Shown one piece after another: positions 17,784 to 28,319 of a DNA stretch of 62,379 bases. The DNA is from Hyphomonas sp. (GTDB lineage Bacteria; Pseudomonadota; Alphaproteobacteria; Caulobacterales; Hyphomonadaceae), in NCBI GenBank assembly GCA_041741055.1, contig JBGSKU010000278.1:1-62379 (forward strand). Reading direction: 5' to 3'. Every line of letters starts with the position of its first letter. Positions within the stretch are counted from its first letter, which is position 1. Under the pieces are notes generated by a model. The model was not told where the DNA came from. It ran no database searches and worked only from the letters and a program-made list of their open reading frames with translations. The position numbers and the translations under genes are program-made.

Positions 17784-20700
17784 GGGTGGGCCTCATCGGC
17801 TGACAGGGAAGTTGTTGTGCGTTTGCCGGTCAGCGTCCGCACGACGACATAAAAAGCGGGTGAGAACAGCAGACTGAATATCATGGCTGTGAGCACGCCG
17901 CCAAGAACGACGGTACCGATGGCAATGCGGCCTCCGGCACCGGCGCCCGAGCTCAGCGCCAGCGGAATAACACCGAAGCCGAACGCGAGAGACGTCATAA
18001 GCACTGGACGGATGCGCATGCGGACGGCCTGCATGGTTGCGCTGATCAGATCCTTGCCCTGGTCTTCAAGCAGCTTGGCAAATTCAACGATCAGGATCGC
18101 GTTCTTCGACGCCAGTCCAACTGTTGTGAGCAAACCGACCTGGAAGAAGATGTCGTTCGCGAGCCCTCGGCCGTGGGCTGCGAGCACGGCTCCCAAGATG
18201 CCGAGCGGCGCAACGAGCAGGACCGCAACCGGAATGGTCCAGCTTTCATACAGTGCTGCAAGACACAGGAACACGAACAGGATCGAGATTGTGTAGAGAA
18301 GCGGCGCGAGATTTCCCGAGCTGCGTTCCTGCCGGCTCAGCCCACTCCATTCATACGAAATGCCAGCGGGCAACTGGGAAACCATCTTTTCCATCTCAAG
18401 CATTGCAACGCCGGAACTCTGCCCGGGGGCTGCATTGCCCTGGATGTTCAACGCGGGCACGCCGTTGAAGCGCTGCAGCTGCGGCGAGCCATAGTCCCAC
18501 TGAGTTGTTGTGATCTCCGCGATCGGTGTCATATCGCCAGACGCATTGCGAACACGCCACTTGCTGATATCGTCCGGTTGCATCCGGCTGTCGGCTTCGC
18601 CCTGGACATAGACGCGTTTGATCCGTCCACGGTCGATAAAGTCGTTGACGTATGAGCCGCCGAAGGCAACCGAAAGCAGGCTGGTTGCGTCTGAGGTCGA
18701 GACGCCCAGAGCTTGAGCTTTCTGGTAGTCGAGGTTGATCTGAAATTCGGGGCCATCTTCCAGCCCGTTCGGGCGCACGCCAGTCAGATTCGGATTCTGA
18801 GACGCCATTCCGAGCAACTGATTGCGAGCTGCGACAAATTCTTCGTGTGACAGACCGCCCTCATTCTTGATGAACAAGTCGAAGCCATTCGCGTTGCCGA
18901 GTTCGCGAATCGGCGGTGGGGCGATTGCGAAAATGCGGGCATCCGGATTTTGTCCCAGCGCGCCGAAGGCCCGTCCAACGATGGCCTGGACCGAGTTGGC
19001 GGGGCCGTTCCGCTCAGACCAGTCCTTCAGTGACGCAAAGGCAATGCCATTGTTCTGGCCTTGCCCCGCAAAACTGAATCCAGCGACCGAGAAGATTCCG
19101 TTGACGTTGTCAGACTCGTTCGTCTGGTAATAATTGACCACATCTTCCATCACCTTGGCGGTGCGCTCGAGGCTGGCATTCTCCGGCAACTGAGCAATCG
19201 TGAAATAGTTGCCCTGGTCTTCGTCCGGAAGGAACGATCCGGGCAGGCGGCCAAAACCGGCGACAACCAAAGCCACGATTGCAGCAGCGATGCCCATCAT
19301 GATCCATTTCCGCCGCAGCATCCTTGCAACGGTGGCTTCGTACCCGGCGATAAGTTGATCAAAGCCGCGATTGAACGCGCGGGCTGGAGCGCCGAGCAGG
19401 CCCTTTCCGTCGCCATGGCGCGGCTTCAGCAATGTGGCGCAAAGTGCTGGCGACAGAACAATCGCGATCAGTACGGACAAGGCCATGGCCGAGACGATTG
19501 TCACGGAAAACTGACGATAGATCACACCGGCCGAGCCCGGGAAAAACGCCATGGGGATGAACACCGCAGAAAGTACGACAGCGATGCCGATAAGTGCGCC
19601 TGTGATCTGGCTCATCGACTTGATGGTCGCCTCGCGCGCGGACAGGCCTTCTTCTTCCATCACCCGCTCGACGTTCTCGACCACGACAATTGCATCGTCC
19701 ACAAGCAGGCCGATCGCGAGCACCATGGCGAACATCGTGAGCGTATTGATCGACATGCCGAGGACCAGCAGTACAGCAAATGTACCGAGCAGGACGACCG
19801 GCACAGCGATCATTGGAATGAACGCCGCCCGAAGACTTTGGAGGAAGATGAAGATCACAATGAACACGAGGATGATGGCCTCGAACAGCGTATGCTGAAC
19901 CGATTCAATCGAGGTCTTGATGAACGGCGTCGTGTCGACCGGGAATGCGTATTCCATGTCTTCCGGGAATTGCTGCGAGATCTTCTCTACGGCAGCCTTG
20001 ACCCGCTCTGCTGTGTCCAGGGCGTTGGCGCCCGTGGCGAGGGACACCGCGAACCCAGACGCTTGCATTCCGTTGAAGCGTGAAGCGAACGCGTAGTTCT
20101 CCGCGCCCATCTCGACGCGGCCGACATCGGACACCTTGATTGAGCCGCCATCCGGGGTCGTGCTGATCAGGAGGTCGCGAAAATCACTCGGCTTCGTAAG
20201 GAGCGATTGCAGCGTGATCGTGACGTTGATCTCCTGCCCTTCGACCGAGGGCGAACCACCGAGCGCGCCCGAAGTGACTTGGGCATTCTGCGCCCGAATA
20301 GCGGTGATCACGTCGCTCGGCATGAGACCGAACTGAATCAACTTGTCCGGATCCAGCCAGATACGCATTGCATATTGCGAGCCGAAGGTTGTGACGCTGC
20401 CGACGCCGTCCAGGCGGCTGACGGTGTCGTAAATATTCGTCCGTACGTAGTCTCCGAGATCCGTTTGATCAAAGGTCCCGTTCGGCGAATATAGGGCTGT
20501 GATAAGCAGAAACCCGCTGCTGGCCTTGCTTACGGTCACACCCTGCCGCTGCACGTCCTCGGGGAGAAAGGGTGTGGCGAGCGAGAGCTTATTCTGGACC
20601 TGAACCTGCGCGATGTCCGGGTCGGTCCCGGGAGCAAACGTCAAGGTGATGCTGGATGATCCGTTCGAGCTTGAGGTTGCGCTGACATAGTCGAGGCCAT

Positions 20701-20917
20701 CGAGGCCGGTCATCTGGCACTCAATCACTTGTGTGACTGTGTCTTCTACGGCTTTCGCCGATGCGCCTGGATAGCTTGCGGCAATCGAGATGGTGGTGGG
20801 GGCGACGTCCGGATACTGGGCAACGGGCAGGTTGCGCAGAGCCAGGGTGCCACCAAGCATGATGAGGATTGCAATCACCCAAGCAAAGACGGGGCGATCT
20901 ATGAAGAAGCGGGCCAT
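17780..20917 (-). CDS. HAE1 RND efflux permease (AcrB/MexB-like)
   Basis: MARFFIDRPVFAWVIAI, GLLVDDAIVVVENVER, KNAILIVEFA, RIRPVLMTS; 1045 aa. Confidence 0.95.
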   Translation of the reverse strand: MARFFIDRPVFAWVIAILIMLGGTLALRNLPVAQYPDVAPTTISIAASYPGASAKAVEDTVTQVIECQMTGLDGLDYVSATSSSNGSSSITLTFAPGTDPDIAQVQVQNKLSLATPFLPEDVQRQGVTVSKASSGFLLITALYSPNGTFDQTDLGDYVRTNIYDTVSRLDGVGSVTTFGSQYAMRIWLDPDKLIQFGLMPSDVITAIRAQNAQVTSGALGGSPSVEGQEINVTITLQSLLTKPSDFRDLLISTTPDGGSIKVSDVGRVEMGAENYAFASRFNGMQASGFAVSLATGANALDTAERVKAAVEKISQQFPEDMEYAFPVDTTPFIKTSIESVQHTLFEAIILVFIVIFIFLQSLRAAFIPMIAVPVVLLGTFAVLLVLGMSINTLTMFAMVLAIGLLVDDAIVVVENVERVMEEEGLSAREATIKSMSQITGALIGIAVVLSAVFIPMAFFPGSAGVIYRQFSVTIVSAMALSVLIAIVLSPALCATLLKPRHGDGKGLLGAPARAFNRGFDQLIAGYEATVARMLRRKWIMMGIAAAIVALVVAGFGRLPGSFLPDEDQGNYFTIAQLPENASLERTAKVMEDVVNYYQTNESDNVNGIFSVAGFSFAGQGQNNGIAFASLKDWSERNGPANSVQAIVGRAFGALGQNPDARIFAIAPPPIRELGNANGFDLFIKNEGGLSHEEFVAARNQLLGMASQNPNLTGVRPNGLEDGPEFQINLDYQKAQALGVSTSDATSLLSVAFGGSYVNDFIDRGRIKRVYVQGEADSRMQPDDISKWRVRNASGDMTPIAEITTTQWDYGSPQLQRFNGVPALNIQGNAAPGQSSGVAMLEMEKMVSQLPAGISYEWSGLSRQERSSGNLAPLLYTISILFVFLCLAALYESWTIPVAVLLVAPLGILGAVLAAHGRGLANDIFFQVGLLTTVGLASKNAILIVEFAKLLEDQGKDLISATMQAVRMRIRPVLMTSLAFGFGVIPLALSSGAGAGGRIAIGTVVLGGVLTAMIFSLLFSPAFYVVVRTLTGKRTTTSLSADEAHP

Positions 20918-20935
20918 ATGGTTTGTTCCTGGTGC

Positions 20936-22120
20936 CTACTGGAGTTCGGCTTTGCTGTCGGCTTTCGCCAGCGTGTTCTCGGCGCTTTGGATTTCCGGGG
21001 CGATCTGCACGGGCATGCCGGCGCGGATCGACTGAAGGTTCGAAACGATGATCTTGTCGCCGGGTTCAAATCCCTCCCGGACGATCCAGGAGTTTTCAGA
21101 CTGGCCGGCAATCGTGACGATGCGTTGTGCGACCGTACCGTCTGCGGCCACGACCATTACGGTTGCGTCGCCTTTCGGGGTCCGTCCGACGAGCGCCTGT
21201 GGCACTTCGACGACATTTTCAAACCTGCCGGCTTCAAGGCTGGCCCGAAGGAACATACCGGGCAAGAGAACACCGTCCGGATTGGGTACTGCGACCCGCA
21301 CAGCGACAGTGCCTGCGGATTCATCGACGATCGCCTCGCTGAACTCCATCTGGCCCGTATACTTGTAGGTCGTGCCGTTCTCGAACTTGATCGTCACCGG
21401 AATTGCACCGTCGGTGGTTGCAATTTGCCCGTTGGCGACCTGCTCGCGAATGTTCATGATCCGGACGGCCGATGCCGTCAGATCGACATTGATCGGATCC
21501 AGCTGGACCACGGAAGCCAGCGGTGTTGCCTGGTTTGCGGTCACCAGCGCGCCCTGGGTGACGTCGGAGCGACCTATATGGCCCGCAATGGGAGACACGA
21601 TGCGGGTCCGTGCGAGATCAATTTCGGCGCGGTTCAGCTCCGCCCTTTGCAGCGCAATGTCTGCTTCGGCCTGCTTGGCAGTCGCGCTCGCCTGCTCGTA
21701 CTCCTGTTGGCTGACCGCCTTGATCGCGGCGAGGCGCTCATAGCGTTTCGCGGTTTCGCGTGCGGAACCGGCCGCAGCCTCCGCGCGATTAAGGGTCGCT
21801 TTAGCGCTCTGGACTGCGGATGCATATTCAGCCGGGTCGATCTGGTACAGCGCCTGGCCTTTTTTGACCACTTCGCCCTCGGTGAACAGCCGCGCTTGTA
21901 TGATTCCGCTGACTTGCGGGCGGATTTCAGCCTCCGCCATTGCCCGCGCGCGGCCCGACAGTTCGATCGTGTTGGGCGCTGAACCGAACTCGATATCAAT
22001 CGTCTGGACCATCGGGGCCGCCGGGGCCTGAGCTGACTGGGGGGCATTGCCAGGGCCGCAGGCTGCGAGCGCGGTGACGAGAATCGATGCGCCAGCCCAT
22101 TGGAATCGTTGCGAAAGCAT
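20936..22120 (-). CDS. RND periplasmic adaptor (AcrA-like lipoprotein)
   Basis: Lipobox LAAC; EIRPQVSGII, LYQIDP, SPIAGHIG, NPDGVLLPGMF. Confidence 0.93.
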   Translation of the reverse strand: MLSQRFQWAGASILVTALAACGPGNAPQSAQAPAAPMVQTIDIEFGSAPNTIELSGRARAMAEAEIRPQVSGIIQARLFTEGEVVKKGQALYQIDPAEYASAVQSAKATLNRAEAAAGSARETAKRYERLAAIKAVSQQEYEQASATAKQAEADIALQRAELNRAEIDLARTRIVSPIAGHIGRSDVTQGALVTANQATPLASVVQLDPINVDLTASAVRIMNIREQVANGQIATTDGAIPVTIKFENGTTYKYTGQMEFSEAIVDESAGTVAVRVAVPNPDGVLLPGMFLRASLEAGRFENVVEVPQALVGRTPKGDATVMVVAADGTVAQRIVTIAGQSENSWIVREGFEPGDKIIVSNLQSIRAGMPVQIAPEIQSAENTLAKADSKAELQ

Positions 22121-22164
22121 GTGTTTTCCTTGACAAAGGCCGTATACAGGCCCTATTTCAAAAC

Positions 22165-22206
22165 TAGAATGAGCGCTCTATCTATTGGTGCGCTGCAATA
22201 TGTCAA
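22165..22206 (-). promoter_or_regulatory. Putative TetR operator overlapping the -10 of the efflux operon promoter
   Basis: Imperfect palindrome TAGAATGAGC|GCTCTATCTA (22165-22184, 8/10 pairs). The minus strand reads TTGACA (22206-22201)-N16-TAGATA. Confidence 0.55.
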
Positions 22207-22223
22207 GGGGAGACGAAGGAAAA

Positions 22224-22838
22224 ATGGACCAGGCACGCGAGGGGGCGTCCGCAAAGCTATCGGCGAAGAGGGCCGACCGCAGGGAACAGATTCTGAATGC
22301 GGCGGAGCGATGCTTTGCCGAAAGCGGCTTTCATGGCGCCAGTATCGGCAGCATTGCGAAAGCCTGTGGAATGAGTGTCGGCCACCTCTACCACTACGTC
22401 GAGAACAAGGAGGCGCTCATCGAAGAGGTGATCCGGCGCGAATTGGGCCGGCATATGCAGAGGCTTGAAGAGCTCGAATTCGCCAAACCGGGTGACATCG
22501 TCAACGAATTGATCGCCAAAGTTGCTGAAACCATCCTCTTGGAAACCGACATTTTTCGGACTGTTCTGAATTTCGAAACGCTGGCCGAGGCGCAACGAAA
22601 CCCCAAGGTCGCTGTCGTCCTTCAAGAGTTTGACGGGCGCATGCGCCGCAAGTTTATCGACATCCTGAAGCGCTCGGGCGTCGATAATCCCGAGCACAAG
22701 ACGGAACTTATCTTCACGATTTTCAGCGGCTTGCCGACGCGTGCATTGCGTCACCCGCAGCAGGAGCGCGCGATCATTACCGACACGATCATTCCAGTTG
22801 TGAGGCAGATTCTGACAAACGAGCAGGGCGGTTGCTGA
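22224..22838 (+). CDS. TetR/AcrR family regulator, divergent from the RND operon
   Basis: HTH: REQILNAAERCFAESGFHGASIGSIAKACGMSVGHLYHYVENKEAL. Start codon uncertain. Confidence 0.9.
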   Translation: MDQAREGASAKLSAKRADRREQILNAAERCFAESGFHGASIGSIAKACGMSVGHLYHYVENKEALIEEVIRRELGRHMQRLEELEFAKPGDIVNELIAKVAETILLETDIFRTVLNFETLAEAQRNPKVAVVLQEFDGRMRRKFIDILKRSGVDNPEHKTELIFTIFSGLPTRALRHPQQERAIITDTIIPVVRQILTNEQGGC

Positions 22839-22874
22839 CCTGAGGCGCCCTGGCGGTGACCGGTGCGGACAAGC

Positions 22875-23396
22875 TCAATCCGGACTTCCTGCTGGCAGAT
22901 CCGTAAGGGCGCCTACGTCGAGCACCGGGGATGCATCGATCGAAACTGCGCCGAGCAAGTCGACCAGCCGGGTCAGTGCGGCGTTTATATAAGCCTGTTC
23001 CCATTCGGGCAGATTCTCGAATTTGGCACCGAAATCGACCTGAAGCAGGTCTGGCGCGGCCGTCAGGGTCCGGCGTCCTTCCGGCGTGATCTGGACGCGG
23101 ACGGTCCGCCGATCGGTTTCGCCACGTGCGCGCTGCACGAGGCCGCGTTCCTGCAGCCGATCCAGCAGAATCGAGATTGTTGCCTGCTTAAGGCCCGCCC
23201 GGCGCGCCAGTTCGCCCGGCTGCGCGCTTTCGGCGCCAGCGAGTTCCTTGAGCACCATCAGCTGTGACGGCGTCAGATGGGTGTCGCGCGCGAGCGCCCG
23301 GGACTGCGCATCGACCGCTTTCACGATCCGGCGCAGCGAGATCAGGGCTTGATCTGCCGGGCTGGAGGCCGATTCGGAGGCGGGCGGCGTGTTCAT
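22875..23396 (-). CDS. ectR: MarR family regulator of ectoine genes
   Basis: LRRIVKAVD, LTPSQL, LLDRLQERGLVQR, DRR, ASPVL tail; divergent from ectA. Confidence 0.85.
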   Translation of the reverse strand: MNTPPASESASSPADQALISLRRIVKAVDAQSRALARDTHLTPSQLMVLKELAGAESAQPGELARRAGLKQATISILLDRLQERGLVQRARGETDRRTVRVQITPEGRRTLTAAPDLLQVDFGAKFENLPEWEQAYINAALTRLVDLLGAVSIDASPVLDVGALTDLPAGSPD

Positions 23397-23541
23397 CCCG
23401 CCGTTCTAGCGGATATCATTTTACGAACAAATAATTAGATATGCGAATTATACTCGTGCTTTCAGGGCAGTCCGTCTTGTAGAAGAAAGCTGATTTCCGG
23501 CGAATTTCAGCGCCAGGGTTGACCCCGGCGGCCAAATAATA

Positions 23542-23556
23542 TTTTGACCATCAAAA
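23542..23556. promoter_or_regulatory. Putative EctR operator
   Basis: Perfect inverted repeat TTTTGA-CCA-TCAAAA in an AT-rich stretch about 20 nt upstream of the ectA start. Confidence 0.5.
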
Positions 23557-23577
23557 CAAGAAACCAAGGGAGCCATC

Positions 23578-24147
23578 ATGCCACATGAGGCCACCGCCAA
23601 CTCAGGGACGTCGATCACCACTGATCGAAGTCCGGCGACGGAAATTGCAGACTTTCAGATTTCTTCGCCCACTGCCGAAGACGCCGCAGAAATCCATGCG
23701 CTCATTGCGACTTGTCCGCCGCTCGACCAGAATTCACTTTATGCGAACCTGATCCAGTGCACGCACTTTGCCCCGCATTGTGCTGTTGCACGATCGAATG
23801 GGCGTGTTGTTGGCTGGATCTCGGGGCACCGGCCCCCCCAGCACCAGAATACCTATTTCCTTTGGCAGGTGGCCGTTCATCCGGACATGCGCGGAAAAGG
23901 GCTCGCGCGCCGCATGCTTGCATCGATCCTTTCCCGCCCGGAGCAGTCCGCAGTTTCACGTATCGAGACGTCGATCACGCGCTCCAATGAAGCATCCTGG
24001 GCGCTTTTCCGTAGCCTTTCTGGCTGGCTGAAAGCGCCTATGCGCTCTGCGCCATGGTTTGACCGTGAGCGCCACCTCGCAGGCCAGCATGCAAGCGAAC
24101 ACCTCGTCACGATCGGGCCGATCACGGCGCCGTCGTCAGCCGGTTGA
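23578..24147 (+). CDS. ectA: Diaminobutyrate acetyltransferase
   Basis: CPPLDQNSLY, FLWQVAV, RGKGL, IETSITRSNEASWALF, HASE; RBS AGGGAG. Confidence 0.93.
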   Translation: MPHEATANSGTSITTDRSPATEIADFQISSPTAEDAAEIHALIATCPPLDQNSLYANLIQCTHFAPHCAVARSNGRVVGWISGHRPPQHQNTYFLWQVAVHPDMRGKGLARRMLASILSRPEQSAVSRIETSITRSNEASWALFRSLSGWLKAPMRSAPWFDRERHLAGQHASEHLVTIGPITAPSSAG

Positions 24148-24197
24148 TCCACGTCCGGGACCTGAGCAGTCAAAAAAAGCAAAAAAGGGAGCCTTCG

Positions 24198-25493
24198 ATG
24201 GCCTACGACCAAGTTTCCACCTCAGCAAATATCTTCGAACGACGTGAATCCCGAGTGCGCAGCTATTGCCGCGCGTTTCCTGCGGTTTTCCGTTCGGCAG
24301 AGGGATCGCACCTGACCACCGAAAACGGGCGGCGCTACATCGACTTCCTGTCCGGGTGTTCCACCCTCAATTACGGCCACAACCATCCAGCCCTGAAACA
24401 GGCGCTGATCGAATACATCACCGGCAACGGCGTCGCGCACGGCCTCGACATGCACACGCGCGCCAAGGCTCGGTTCCTGGAAACGTTCGAGCAGATCATC
24501 CTCAAGCCTCGCGGGCTTGATCACCGGGCCATGTTCACTGGTCCCACAGGCGCAAACGCCGTTGAGGCAGCCATCAAACTTGCAAGAAAGATCACGGGCC
24601 GGACGAACATCGTCGCCTTCTCGAACGGTTTCCATGGCATGACGCTTGGCGCACTGGCGCTGACAGGGAATGCCGGCAAGCGCGGCGGAGCGGGCGTGGC
24701 GCTCAGCGGCGTCACGCATGAGCCCTATGACGGATATTTCGGCGACGACACTGATACCGCAGACCAGCTTGACCAGCGCTTGTCGGATCCGTCTTCGGGC
24801 ATCGACAAGCCGGCGGCCTTCATCCTCGAAACGGTGCAGGGCGAAGGTGGTCTGAACGTCGCATCCAAAGCCTGGCTCCAGCGCATCGAGCAGATCGCGC
24901 GCAAGCATGGCGCGCTGTTGATTGTCGACGACATCCAGGCGGGTATCGGCCGGACGGGCGGGTTCTTCAGTTTTGAGCGAGCCGGTATCCGGCCGGACAT
25001 CATCACGCTGGCAAAATCCTTGTCGGGCATGGGCTTGCCGTTTGCCCTGACGTTGATCCGACCCGAGTTCGATCAATGGAAACCGGGCGAGCACAACGGA
25101 ACCTTTCGCGGCAACAATCATGCTTTCGTGACGGCGACCCGCGCACTTGAACTGTTCTGGTCGGATGACGCCTTCGAGACAGAGACCGCGCGCAAGGCCT
25201 CGCGGCTCAGGAAGGTTCTGAAGCAACTTACAGATACAAGCCCGCTGGTCCAGCGCGTCAAAGGCAAGGGCATGATGTCCGGCATCGAAATGCAGAGCGG
25301 CGAAGTTGCTGCTGAGGTCTGCACAGAGTGTTTCCGCAACGGCCTCATCATCGAAACCAGCGGCAGCCATGACGAGGTCGTCAAGGTGCTGGCACCGCTT
25401 ACGATCCAAGACGAAATCCTGGATGCAGGTTTGAAAATCCTCACTGAAGCTGTGCGTGCGGTCACCGCGCGTCGCCTGAAATCCGCAGCCTGA
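24198..25493 (+). CDS. ectB: Diaminobutyrate-2-oxoglutarate transaminase
   Basis: FERRESRVRSYCRAFP, LNYGHN, GPTGANAVEAA, ETVQGEGG, DDIQAG, LAKSLSG, PGEHNGTFRGNN; RBS AGGGAG. Confidence 0.95.
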   Translation: MAYDQVSTSANIFERRESRVRSYCRAFPAVFRSAEGSHLTTENGRRYIDFLSGCSTLNYGHNHPALKQALIEYITGNGVAHGLDMHTRAKARFLETFEQIILKPRGLDHRAMFTGPTGANAVEAAIKLARKITGRTNIVAFSNGFHGMTLGALALTGNAGKRGGAGVALSGVTHEPYDGYFGDDTDTADQLDQRLSDPSSGIDKPAAFILETVQGEGGLNVASKAWLQRIEQIARKHGALLIVDDIQAGIGRTGGFFSFERAGIRPDIITLAKSLSGMGLPFALTLIRPEFDQWKPGEHNGTFRGNNHAFVTATRALELFWSDDAFETETARKASRLRKVLKQLTDTSPLVQRVKGKGMMSGIEMQSGEVAAEVCTECFRNGLIIETSGSHDEVVKVLAPLTIQDEILDAGLKILTEAVRAVTARRLKSAA

Positions 25494-25505
25494 AGGAGCC
25501 GAAAA

Positions 25506-25913
25506 TTGATTGTCAGAGATCTTGCAAAAGAAATGCTCACCGAACGCCGCGTTGACAGCGACGGGTGGTCTTCCGTCCGTCTGCTGCTGAAAAATGACGG
25601 TATGGGGTTCTCGTTTCACATCACCACGATCGATGCAGGCGCGGAGCTGAAAATGCACTACCGAAACCATCTGGAGAGCGTCTTCTGTATGGAAGGCACA
25701 GGCTCGATCGAGGACCTTGGTACGGGTGAGCGCCATCAAATTCGTCCAGGGGTGATGTATGCCCTCAACAAAAATGACCTGCATATCCTGCGGGCCGACG
25801 CAGGCGGTCCGATGCTGATGGCCTGCGTCTTCAATCCTCCCGTCACCGGTAAGGAAGTACACGGCGCAGATGGCGCTTATCCCGCCGACACTGAAATGCC
25901 GGTACCGGTATGA
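25506..25913 (+). CDS. ectC: Ectoine synthase
   Basis: TTG start with GAAGGAG RBS; [42 protein letters not shown]. Confidence 0.95.
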   Translation: MIVRDLAKEMLTERRVDSDGWSSVRLLLKNDGMGFSFHITTIDAGAELKMHYRNHLESVFCMEGTGSIEDLGTGERHQIRPGVMYALNKNDLHILRADAGGPMLMACVFNPPVTGKEVHGADGAYPADTEMPVPV

Positions 25914-25924
25914 GGGAGGCGCGC

Positions 25925-26869
25925 ATGATGACTGACGTTATTGAAGACCTGTACCCCTCCCGGCAAAAGCCGAAAGCCGAATGGCTGGATCGCCGTGATC
26001 CCGTTGTGCGCGGTCTGCCAGGGGCGACGCCGCCGATCGACCTGGCAATGATTGAGGCGTTTGCAAAGGACGGGTTTGTGGTTCTGGAGGATGTCTTCAC
26101 GCCGCTGGAGGTGAAAGCGCTGCTGGAAGAATCAGAAGCCCTTCGCCGCCGGAAGGACCTCTTGCCCGAAAGCCGGATCTCCGAGCCCGGAATGGGCGGC
26201 GCTGACGCGGTCCGCTCGGTATTCGCGCCACATCGTCAGTCTGCTGTCTTTGGGCGTCTGGCTGCCGATGAGAGATTGTCGGGGCTCGCAAAGTTCATTC
26301 TCGGAGACGAGGTTTACATCCACCAGTCACGGATCAACTACAAGCCGGCCTTCCGTGGGAAGGACTTCTATTGGCACTCGGATTTCGAAACCTGGCACAC
26401 AGAGGACGGCATGCCGCGCATGCGTGCGTTGTCGATGTCGGTCATGTTGAACGATAACCATCCACAAGCTGGTCCCACCATGTTCATTCCGGGTAGTCAC
26501 ATGAAATATGTGACCTGCATTGGCGAAACGCCGGACGAGCATTATCGCCAGTCGCTGAAAAAGCAGGATTATGGTATTCCGGATCCGGCCAGTCTTTCGA
26601 AACTTGCCGCCTCAGGCGGTATTGCAGCCCCCGCGCCGAAGGCGGGCTCGGTGGTCATCTTCGACTGCAACACGATGCATGGCTCGAACAGCAACATCAC
26701 GCCGTTTGAGCGGACCAATGCTTTCTTGGTGTTCAATGCATGGAGCAATCGACTTCAGGCGCCGTTTGCAGGCACGCGTGCGCGTCCTGAATTCATTGCC
26801 CACCGCGATGTGAGCGGCCCGCTGAAACTGCTGGAGACGATGCCTCCGCTGTCGCTGGGAGGGCGATAA
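25925..26869 (+). CDS. ectD: Ectoine hydroxylase
   Basis: DLYPSR; EctD signature FYWHSDFETWHTEDGMP; FDCNTMHGS; RBS GGGAGG. Confidence 0.95.
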   Translation: MMTDVIEDLYPSRQKPKAEWLDRRDPVVRGLPGATPPIDLAMIEAFAKDGFVVLEDVFTPLEVKALLEESEALRRRKDLLPESRISEPGMGGADAVRSVFAPHRQSAVFGRLAADERLSGLAKFILGDEVYIHQSRINYKPAFRGKDFYWHSDFETWHTEDGMPRMRALSMSVMLNDNHPQAGPTMFIPGSHMKYVTCIGETPDEHYRQSLKKQDYGIPDPASLSKLAASGGIAAPAPKAGSVVIFDCNTMHGSNSNITPFERTNAFLVFNAWSNRLQAPFAGTRARPEFIAHRDVSGPLKLLETMPPLSLGGR

Positions 26870-26870
26870 C

Positions 26871-28319
26871 ATGAAGCGCACCGTCGAAAAGATCGGCGGC
26901 ACGTCGATTTCCAACACGAAGGCTATATTGGACAACGTGTTGATCGGCGGCCGAACGGGCGAAGATCTCTACAATCGCATCTTTGTAGTCTCCGCGTATT
27001 CGGGAATGACGGACCGCTTGCTGGAGCACAAGAAATCGGGCGAACCCGGCGTGTTCGGTTTGTTTGCCGGTGCAGGCAACAAATGGGCATGGACGGAAGC
27101 GCTTTCTGCAGTTGCGGTTGCGATGCAGGAAAAAAACGCGGAGATATTCGGCGGCACGGGCGAGCAGGCAACGGCAGACAATTTCGTCCGTGAGCGGATT
27201 GAGGATGTGAGAAACTGCCTCATCGATCTGCATCGTCTGTGCTCCTACGGACAGTTCCGGATGGATGAAAATCTGGCAACTGTGAAAGAAGTCCTGTCTT
27301 CTCTGGGCGAAGCACACTCGGCCTTCAACACCGCGTTGTTGTTGCAGGCGACGGGCGTCAATGCGCGCAGCGTGGATTTGACCGGTTGGCGCGATGAGCG
27401 GGCGCTCTCGCTGCAGGATCGTTTCGCCGATGCATTGAGCGGATTGGATCTGTCGCAGGAGATCCCGATTGTTACGGGATATGCAAGTTGCCCTGGCGGT
27501 CTCGTTAGCCAGTTCGGGAGAGGTTATACGGAAGTGACTTTTGCCCGTCTGGCGGCATGGGCCGAAGCCGACGAAGCGATTATTCACAAGGAATTCCATC
27601 TTTCGAGCGCCGACCCGCGCATCGTGGGTGGCGACAAGGTGCGCAAGATCGGCTCCACCAACTTCGATGTGGCAGATCAGCTGTCAAACATGGGCATGGA
27701 GGCCGTTCATCCGAAGGCCGCCAAGATCCTCCGCCAGGCGGGCATTTCGTTGCGTGTCAAGAATACATTTGATCCGGCTGATGCAGGAACGATGATCCAG
27801 GCGGACTATGCACCTGAAAAGCCGCGCGCAGACATCATCACGGGCTTGAGGGGCGTTTTCGCGCTTGAGGTTTTTGACCAGGATATGGTGGGCGAAAAAG
27901 GATACGACGCAGCTGTGCTGGAGGCGCTGGCGCGTCATTCGATCCGCATCGTATCGAAGTGTTCGAACGCCAATACGATCACGCACTATGTGGAAGGCTC
28001 CCGAAAAGCGCTGAAGCGCGCAACGGCTCATATCGAGCAAGCCTTGCCGGGCGCTTCGGTTTCGATCAGCCGGGTCGCCATCGTGTCGGTGATCGGGGCG
28101 GACATTGACGTGCCGGGCATCACCGCAATCGCATTGTCTGCGCTTCATGCGGCGGGCGTGCCGATCACCGGGCTTCACCAGGTGTCACGCAAGACCGACA
28201 TACAGGTGGTTATCGACGAGCCGGACTTCGACAAGGCGATCTGTGCGTTGCACGCAGCGTTGGTGGAAAGCGATGGTTCATCTGCCGAACGTGAAGAGCG
28301 ATTGCGCCCGGCTGCATGA
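26871..28319 (+). CDS. ask: Ectoine-associated aspartate kinase (ask_ect)
   Basis: VEKIGGTS, FVVSAYSGMTD.LLEHKK, RGYTEVTF, IHKEFHLSSADP, VADQLSNMGMEAVHP. Confidence 0.93.
   Translation: MKRTVEKIGGTSISNTKAILDNVLIGGRTGEDLYNRIFVVSAYSGMTDRLLEHKKSGEPGVFGLFAGAGNKWAWTEALSAVAVAMQEKNAEIFGGTGEQATADNFVRERIEDVRNCLIDLHRLCSYGQFRMDENLATVKEVLSSLGEAHSAFNTALLLQATGVNARSVDLTGWRDERALSLQDRFADALSGLDLSQEIPIVTGYASCPGGLVSQFGRGYTEVTFARLAAWAEADEAIIHKEFHLSSADPRIVGGDKVRKIGSTNFDVADQLSNMGMEAVHPKAAKILRQAGISLRVKNTFDPADAGTMIQADYAPEKPRADIITGLRGVFALEVFDQDMVGEKGYDAAVLEALARHSIRIVSKCSNANTITHYVEGSRKALKRATAHIEQALPGASVSISRVAIVSVIGADIDVPGITAIALSALHAAGVPITGLHQVSRKTDIQVVIDEPDFDKAICALHAALVESDGSSAEREERLRPAA

Noticed and set aside
20716-20724. 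Cys in the RND permease motif VIECQM (usually Gln/Asn)
   Set aside because: A single substitution with the proton-relay residues intact; no evidence of significance.
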